DNA of 63,430 bases, counting the filler, from Lenisia limosa (Eukaryota; Protista; Breviatea): NCBI GenBank assembly GCA_001655205.1. It is 8 parts of 8 records of this genome, joined end to end, with 100 filler letters (N's around TTAATTAATTAA, not from the genome) between each part and the next. Parts side by side here need not be neighbours in the genome. Positions count along the whole stretch, not along the records: positions 51,867 to 60,087 come from LPNZ01010405.1; positions 60,188 to 63,430 come from LPNZ01004044.1; 6 more parts are not named here. The stretch is one strand, 5' to 3'. Both the position numbers and the translations under genes were made by a program. How positions within the stretch are numbered: position 1 is the first letter of the stretch; every line of letters starts with the position of its first letter. Of this stretch, positions 57,330-63,430 are shown piece after piece. The notes under the pieces are model-generated. The model searched no databases, was not told the origin of the DNA, and was given only the letters and a program-made list of their open reading frames with translations.

Positions 57330-60050
57330 AACATATTTAGACAGGAAAGGCTGGACACGAGGCTGTGGGCTTTGTGGAGTAGCAGCCACAGGTGGCATCT
57401 CCGGTGAAATTACCGATCTAGAGAAGTGAGGCTACCATCTAGTAGATTATTTTATAGAACGCACTTCTGAATGCGAAAAATATCCGATCAGGAGAAGTGA
57501 ATGGTGTGTTTTTTTATATGTTACCCAAGATAAATTTAATATTTAGTTCCTTGTCCAAACAAAAAAAAAATGTTTAGATATTATTGCGATCAAATTTGAC
57601 GCATACCGTACTAGATGATTCGACAAAGCTGCCATGTTGTGCTGAGACCCTAAATATGTGAAAATCGGATACCCAGGGGTTATGAAATTTGTTGTGCTGA
57701 AAACCCTTAGCTATGCCCGGGGGGGGGGNNNNNNNNNNNNNNNNNNNNNNNNNNNNNNNNNNNNNNNNNNNNNNNNNNNNNNNNNNNNNNNNNNNNNNNN
57801 NNNNNNNNNNNNNNNNNNNNNTAGTAAAGTATCGATATTTTTCGAGGATTTCTCGAGAAATTCAGTCTTTTTTCGAACCGAAGTGAAGCTCTAGTTACAG
57901 GTGACAATAAATTGACACAATTAGAAATTAAAGTTTCTCAGATTTTTCAAATACTTTTTCAATTAATTGCATGGAGCCCTACTGCTTACGCAATAGGGCA
58001 GTTGAAGTTAACAGAAGTCTTCACAAGAGCGCTGGATGACCGAATAAACATGCAGCCTAGAATGTGATTACTAGGGGGAGGGGGGGGGGGGAGTAAAATT
58101 GGAAATTTTTTTTAAAAAAAAACTCAAATCAACTATTTGGCTGACAACACAAAGCCCAGNNNNNNNNNNNNNNNNNNNNNNNNNNNNNNNNNNNNNNNNN
58201 NNNNNNNNNNNNNNNNNNNNNNNNNNNNNNNNNNNNNNNNNNNNNNNNNNNNNNNNNNNNNNNNNNNNNNNNNNNNNNNNNNCTGTTAATTGACCCCCGC
58301 CCACTATCGGCAGCAGTGATCGTGACGGTTGCTAGGTACAAGCTAGACCCGGCAGTCATTCGAATTCCGTCCGTAGCCGTAGTGTTGATTCTCACGTCGT
58401 AGAGGAGAACATGAGAGCTGCAAATCAGATAAAAATGTAGATCTATAAAATATGATATCCACTAGTGATATGATCATATGACCGACTTTCAAGTTGTATG
58501 TTGAACGAAGATAACGCGAGGGTTCATCCCGAGTGTATCAGAGTATCAACCGTAGTGGAGATGAGGTACCATATCACTTGAGTTGAAAACGATATTTCAA
58601 ACTTGTGAAAATGATCCAAAAAGTGATATGATATAGTATCATATCCTATTATTTACGATATGATACCGAATCATATCCTATTATTTACGTAAAAACCACA
58701 AATAATATGGCAGGAAAACTGTTACCTTTATTGCTATCAACTCTCTGTCAACCCAGAGTTGATTTTGCGCTTTGTTTCATAAAATTTCCAAATTTACCCC
58801 CACCTAAATCCGAAGATACGTGGAATATCGGATCGTCTGATAATCATATTGGAGCCCTAAGCGTGTTAAATCATGATGGAGGGATGAGGTATCATAGTGT
58901 TAGTTACAGAACGTACCGGGGGTGCTAGAAGCCAGTATTTCCGTCACAATTGAATATTAATTCCTCCATCCAGCATTTGTCATATTATTAGCCATATATT
59001 TCTTTATCACACCCCCCCCCCCAACCGAGTGGGGGTACAAGTACGAGCCCATTTCGGAGGTAATTGTACATTCTGAAAGTCGTACATTTCCAGTTTCCAG
59101 GTAACTAAGGGGAGTAAGACTTGGGACATTAAAATGAACAATATTGGCGTAAAGGCTAATTACGAACCGAATACTCAGGGGTGAAAATGGAAAATTATGA
59201 AAAACAAATCTAAGGCGAGTGAAATGAACTAAAGTGACCGGGATAAGTCACTATATATGCATATAATATACCAAAAAAAACTAAAAAAACAAACCCAAAA
59301 TCCAAGGAGAATGACCCCCCCCCCCTCATGGTGGACGGCTTCGATACCTTATGTTAAATTTATCATTACTATGATACATCCCCCCTCCAACAAAGGTCGC
59401 TCAACAGCAGAAATAACGCACTTCTCAACCTTCGCTGAGCTGCCAGATATCAGCTGAAGCGCCCGGTAAACATCATGGATGTTGGAATTCTGGGAGGGGG
59501 GTGGGGTTAAACGGGAAAATTTATGAACAAAAAAAATATCACAAAATCAACTCTGTTGGCTTTGTTTTCCCCAATCATTATTTTAACAAATGATGGAATC
59601 CTGGGGGGTGGGGGGATGGTTGGTTCCCATTGAAATGATGAACCATATCCTTCGGTTCGAAAAAGGCTGGCTAAAATATCGGTAGTTTTCGAGGATTTAT
59701 CAAAATTTCCGTCTTTCTTAGAACCAAAGTCAAGCACTACTTGTGGAGTGATAAGTGTACCCATATTCAGTAGTGAGATGACAATATGACCGACATTCGA
59801 GTCGAAATGAGTGACAAAGATTTGAGACCGCTCAGTTATCATACGAGTGGATATGAGGTGTGATATCACTGCGTGGAAAATGCTAGTTTACTCGTGTTGA
59901 AATCACCCAAAAGTGATACAATAGTTCATACATGTAAAAATGACCCAAAAACTGATATGATCACAGCACCCAGCCTACGTCGATAATACCCTGAGAGTTG
60001 ACAAAGCCCATAATGCAGTAAGAGGTGGTGTTGAAGAGCTGGATTATTAG
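57330..60050 (-). CDS. Fragment of a hypothetical multi-exon, partly beta-rich protein
   Basis: Exons: LFNTTSYCIMGFVNSQGIIDV, NSNIHDVYRALQLISGSSAKVEKCVISAVERPLLEGD|GTATC, HVLLYDVRINTTATDGIRMTAGSSLYLATVTITAADSGRG|NHILGCMFIRSSSALVKTSVNFNCPIA|GTAAG. Confidence 0.4.
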
Positions 60051-60087
60051 GGGTAATTGAACAATTATTGAAACAAAAACAATTCAA

Positions 60088-60187
60088 NNNNNNNNNNNNN
60101 NNNNNNNNNNNNNNNNNNNNNNNNNNNNNNNTTAATTAATTAANNNNNNNNNNNNNNNNNNNNNNNNNNNNNNNNNNNNNNNNNNNN
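60088..60187. other. Artificial scaffold linker
   Basis: 44N-TTAATTAATTAA-44N. Confidence 0.97.
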
Positions 60188-63100
60188 ACCCGTTTGGATG
60201 CTGCTGTCCGGCGGCGTGGACTCGTAGAACATCAGACGGATGATAGTGAGGAAGTGGTCCAGCCCGAAAACATTGGCAATGATTTTGCTTAGTACGGCCT
60301 AAAATGAGTGAAATGCACAATATAATTTTGAGTGTTTGAGTGTGTGTGGGTTTTTAGATAAGAGAAATATCATCTGCTTTTCTAAGAGACTAATAAAGGC
60401 AAGAAAAGCAGTTCGATTATACACTCCCACCCCCCAACCTTTCCATGAATTGTCGATACCACAGACCCAGATGTCAGCGTTCCAGATGCCTCCGCTCTTT
60501 TGTTCGAAAACAAGGCGAAGGAGTTCTGCTTCACAATCTTCTTACTGGAGGGGATTGGGTGATTGGAATGCGAATTCTCATTCCGCTCCACAACGGGTTA
60601 AATTGTTGATCCTCTTATCTAAAAAGCCCCCTGGTATTTTCAGATTACAAAGCAAATGGCAGTTCATACCCCTCATACCGAATTGTCCCGGTGGGCGACT
60701 TTGTTGTTGATGAGCTTGAGAAGGAGCCACTGGAGGGCGAGCGTGGGAAGGCAGTGTTAACAGGCGGTTCGTCAATGCTTGGGTCCAGCTGCCCACTAGC
60801 CATTGACCGTATGAAGTCCAGCAGGGAGTACTGTCATGGCGTTAATAACAAAATCCAGCAGGAGTACTGTCATGGCATTAATATCAAAATCCAGCAGGAG
60901 TACTTTCATGGCGTTAATAACAAAATAAAAAATATTAAAAGATATGGCAAGGAAAATTGTGCAATTTTGAACACAACCCCCCATATATTACCAAGAAAAA
61001 TAATTACTCACTCCCTCACCTGAGCCGCAAAGTCGGCCTTAGCCCAGACACGCATATCAGCTATGACGTGGCGCAAACAATCAACAACAATTCCTGGTGT
61101 TCGGGAAGCCAGGGGGTTCAGGTGCGATAGAAGCAGGTTCCTGGGGGTGCGGATAAGAGAGATACTGAAGGAGGTGGGAATAATAAAACAAAATGAATAT
61201 GAATACATTTGCGTTTTAGTGGACTTCATATGATATGATGAGGGCTTCACTTCAGTTCGAAAAAGACAGGTAAAATATCGGATTTATCAAGAAATTCAGT
61301 CTTTTTTTTGAACCAAAGTGAAGCCCTAGATATGACACTAAAACCCCCGCCACTTTACAACTTCAACGGTGTCGGGGCCCACGTGTTCAGGGCACGCGGT
61401 GCGCAGAAGGAAACCAACCGTTGTGAAGCCTCGGGCCTGGGGATCAGTAAAGGGGATCATGGAGATAATGCAAAATAAGTAGGGGTAGTATGCTTCTGAA
61501 TTCTTATCTAATAGTATGAAGCATGGAATCTAGTAAGGGTTATTTAAATGGACAATTAATGACCCAAAAAAAGACCCGTGAAATAAGCTCGATGGAGGAG
61601 AGGAGTGGTAGGTAGGTTAAGAGAAGTAAGCTACGTAAGATAAGAACGAAAAGAGGACAGTAGTATTATTAATGAACGTGGGACAGCCTTAATCTTGGAT
61701 AGGTAGGATCCCACTGACCTGCAACATCGCCAATCTGTTCACTTCAGATTCGCAGAGCAAAGTGGCCAAAAGTGAGAGAGCTGGGGGGGGGGGGGGNNNN
61801 NNNNNNNNNNNNNNNNNNNNNNNNNNNNNNNNNNNNNNNNNNNNNNNNNNNNNNNNNNNNNNNNNNNNNNNNNNNNNNTCTCTTGAAAAACAAACAAATA
61901 AGTCTTCTGACTAGCTAGAGCTTTATTGCGGTTCAAAAAAAGACTGAATTCGCGATAAATCATGGAAAATTATCGATACTATTCCAGCCTTTTTCAGCAA
62001 AGTGGACCAACACCAGTCCCTCAAACCCTCCGGACAGGCTTCCATGTCAACATCGTACACAGGCTTGTTGGTTTGCGGGGACAAGACTGGTTGGTCTAAC
62101 TGGGCAAACTGAAGCGTTATATACATCATCTGCATATAGAGATGAAAAATAAACCCACACCATCACACTTCTAAGAGATTGGATTGTAGTATAATCTTAG
62201 TTTACCCAACCATTTGCCTGCTCCAATTGGGTAAAATGAAACAATATAAGCATGTTTATGCATTTCATTCTAGAACATTCTTGAACAGGACGCAAATTGA
62301 ACAAGTGGCACTTTTTTTGCTATATGATATAGAGGCGTACCAGGGGGAGTACGGACTTCATGCCTCCGAGGCAGTGGATGGCATCGGCAACCCGGGCCGA
62401 CGCGCACGTTACAGGTTGTCGCACGCCCTCAATGTTGGTGCCGGGTGTGACTACCTGGGGGGGTGGGTAATGGTTTAATGGGGGCGAGGGATGATTAATC
62501 GGCTTGGTAAATAGTGGATCTATGCACAGCCATCCATTCACAGCAAACTCGCTTACAGGTCCCAGACCTTGCAAACACAAAAGGTATAGCTTGCGATAAA
62601 TGGAATCCATTATATGGGAGGAATAGATGAAGCTGGAATGAATATGATCAAAAGATTGCTTTACAAAAATGATGCTTGCTTTAAAAAACAAAACAGATTT
62701 CTTTACAAAGATGAGGTATGTAGAAGGAATAGGCCAACAAACCTTCAGAACCGACGCTGCCCCACCATGGGTCCCTACGTGTTGCTGAGTCCAATCACCC
62801 TAAACAGGTGATGCTTTGAGACTTTTAGAATTCCCTACACTTAGTATGGTGGAAAATAAATGTCTGAAACGCAGTTCTAGTTACAGCATGTCCTTCAAAA
62901 TCGCTTTATCTATGCTACGCCTAACTTCCTTAGGTATCCTTATGGTATTCTCTGATCTCTCTTCGTTCAATACATTATCTTTTTGCTTGTATGTGCATAT
63001 AGTACATTAATAATGTATCCCAACAACCTAATATCGTTGTACTATATATACACGCGAGAAGATATTTCATAAAATTTATCACCCCCCCAACAGTTACGGC

Positions 63101-63430
63101 CGCGGACGCGTTAGCCACCATCGGCAGGGGAAGGACGGGGTCGGAAACGACAGAGCGCGAAAGATGCAGTAATGAGGCGTTGCGCGTGGGGTAGCCGTTC
63201 TCCACCGGGGTATTGTCGATGGACAGCCCGCCCCGGCATGCTAAAAAGTGAGGAAATTGCGGCTTTTGAGGAAAGGGGGGGTCAATACGGTAGTAAGGAG
63301 GATATTTTTACGAGGGACTTCATAAGTCGCCATACAGATAGCCATCGAAATAATTCGGCCAGCTCCCACAACAATACACTACAAACAAGCGAGACTGTCC
63401 ACTCACAGCTTGGGGAGTAGGCAAGGAAGA
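60188..63430 (-). CDS. Internal fragment of a neurobeachin/NBEAL-type BEACH-family protein
   Basis: Exons: FLAYSPS|SCRGGLSIDNTP, VADAIHCLGGMKSVLPL|FAQLDQP, ALSLLATLLCESEVNRLAMLQ|ARGFTTVGFLLRTACPEH, LRHVIADMRVWAKADFAAQ|YSLLDFIRS, FGLDHFLTIIRLMFYE. These match the neurobeachin-family segment (IHSIGGIQVLFPLFAQLD...GKGFLVIGYLL...ILFNPAIW...VQLSLY). The BEACH domain itself lies outside the window. Confidence 0.85.
60818..60926. repeat. Triple tandem 36/37-bp repeat spanning a 3' splice site
   Basis: CCAGCAGG(G)AGTACT(G/T)TCATGGC(G/A)TTAATA(A/T)CAAAAT x3. Confidence 0.92.
61240..61328. mobile_element. MITE family A copy with 8-bp TSD
   Basis: GATATGAT|GAGGGCTTCACTTCAGTTCG...GAACCAAAGTGAAGCCCTA|GATATGAC (7/8 match). 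Confidence 0.88.

Noticed and set aside
1-63430. Alternative genetic code or stop readthrough to explain short ORFs
   Set aside because: In conserved genes (BBS9, CRLS1, WDR6, BEACH) stops fall in canonical GT-AG introns and TAA, TAG and TGA all serve as terminators in the models.
1-63430. Endogenous giant-virus, Polinton or retroelement insertion
   Set aside because: No intronless gene-dense block, capsid, packaging ATPase, integrase or reverse transcriptase motifs were seen.

Overview
Eukaryotic, intron-dense DNA from a flagellated or ciliated lineage (it encodes BBS9); no prokaryotic features, CRISPR arrays, rRNA or tRNA were found. The window is not contiguous: seven artificial 100-bp spacers (44 N + TTAATTAATTAA + 44 N) join eight unrelated scaffolds (1-8763, 8864-35358, 35459-38945, 39046-46743, 46844-49561, 49662-51766, 51867-60087, 60188-63430), and many internal N gaps abut poly-G/poly-C runs. 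Most six-frame ORFs are spurious because real genes are split into many short GT-AG exons, which I spliced by eye, so exon limits are approximate. Recognisable genes: BBS9 (5' part), a motif-degenerate Arf/Sar1-like GTPase, cardiolipin synthase, a secreted BNR/Asp-box propeller, a possible Lines-like protein, a POT1-like OB-fold protein, a secreted LamG-like protein, a tandem cNMP-binding protein, WDR6/Trm734, a TmcB/TmcC-like fragment, a WD40 protein and a neurobeachin/BEACH fragment, plus a decayed hAT transposase. Introns carry at least six miniature repeat families. The most interesting signals concern how repeats shape splicing: one repeat family (E) ends at or within a few tens of bases of the 3' splice site of about 11 introns in unrelated genes; introns often start with G-runs and end with C-runs; three genes carry tandemly duplicated acceptors; and a hairpin-bearing element (B) appears to have copied 145 bp of flanking exon/intron DNA into an inverted repeat.
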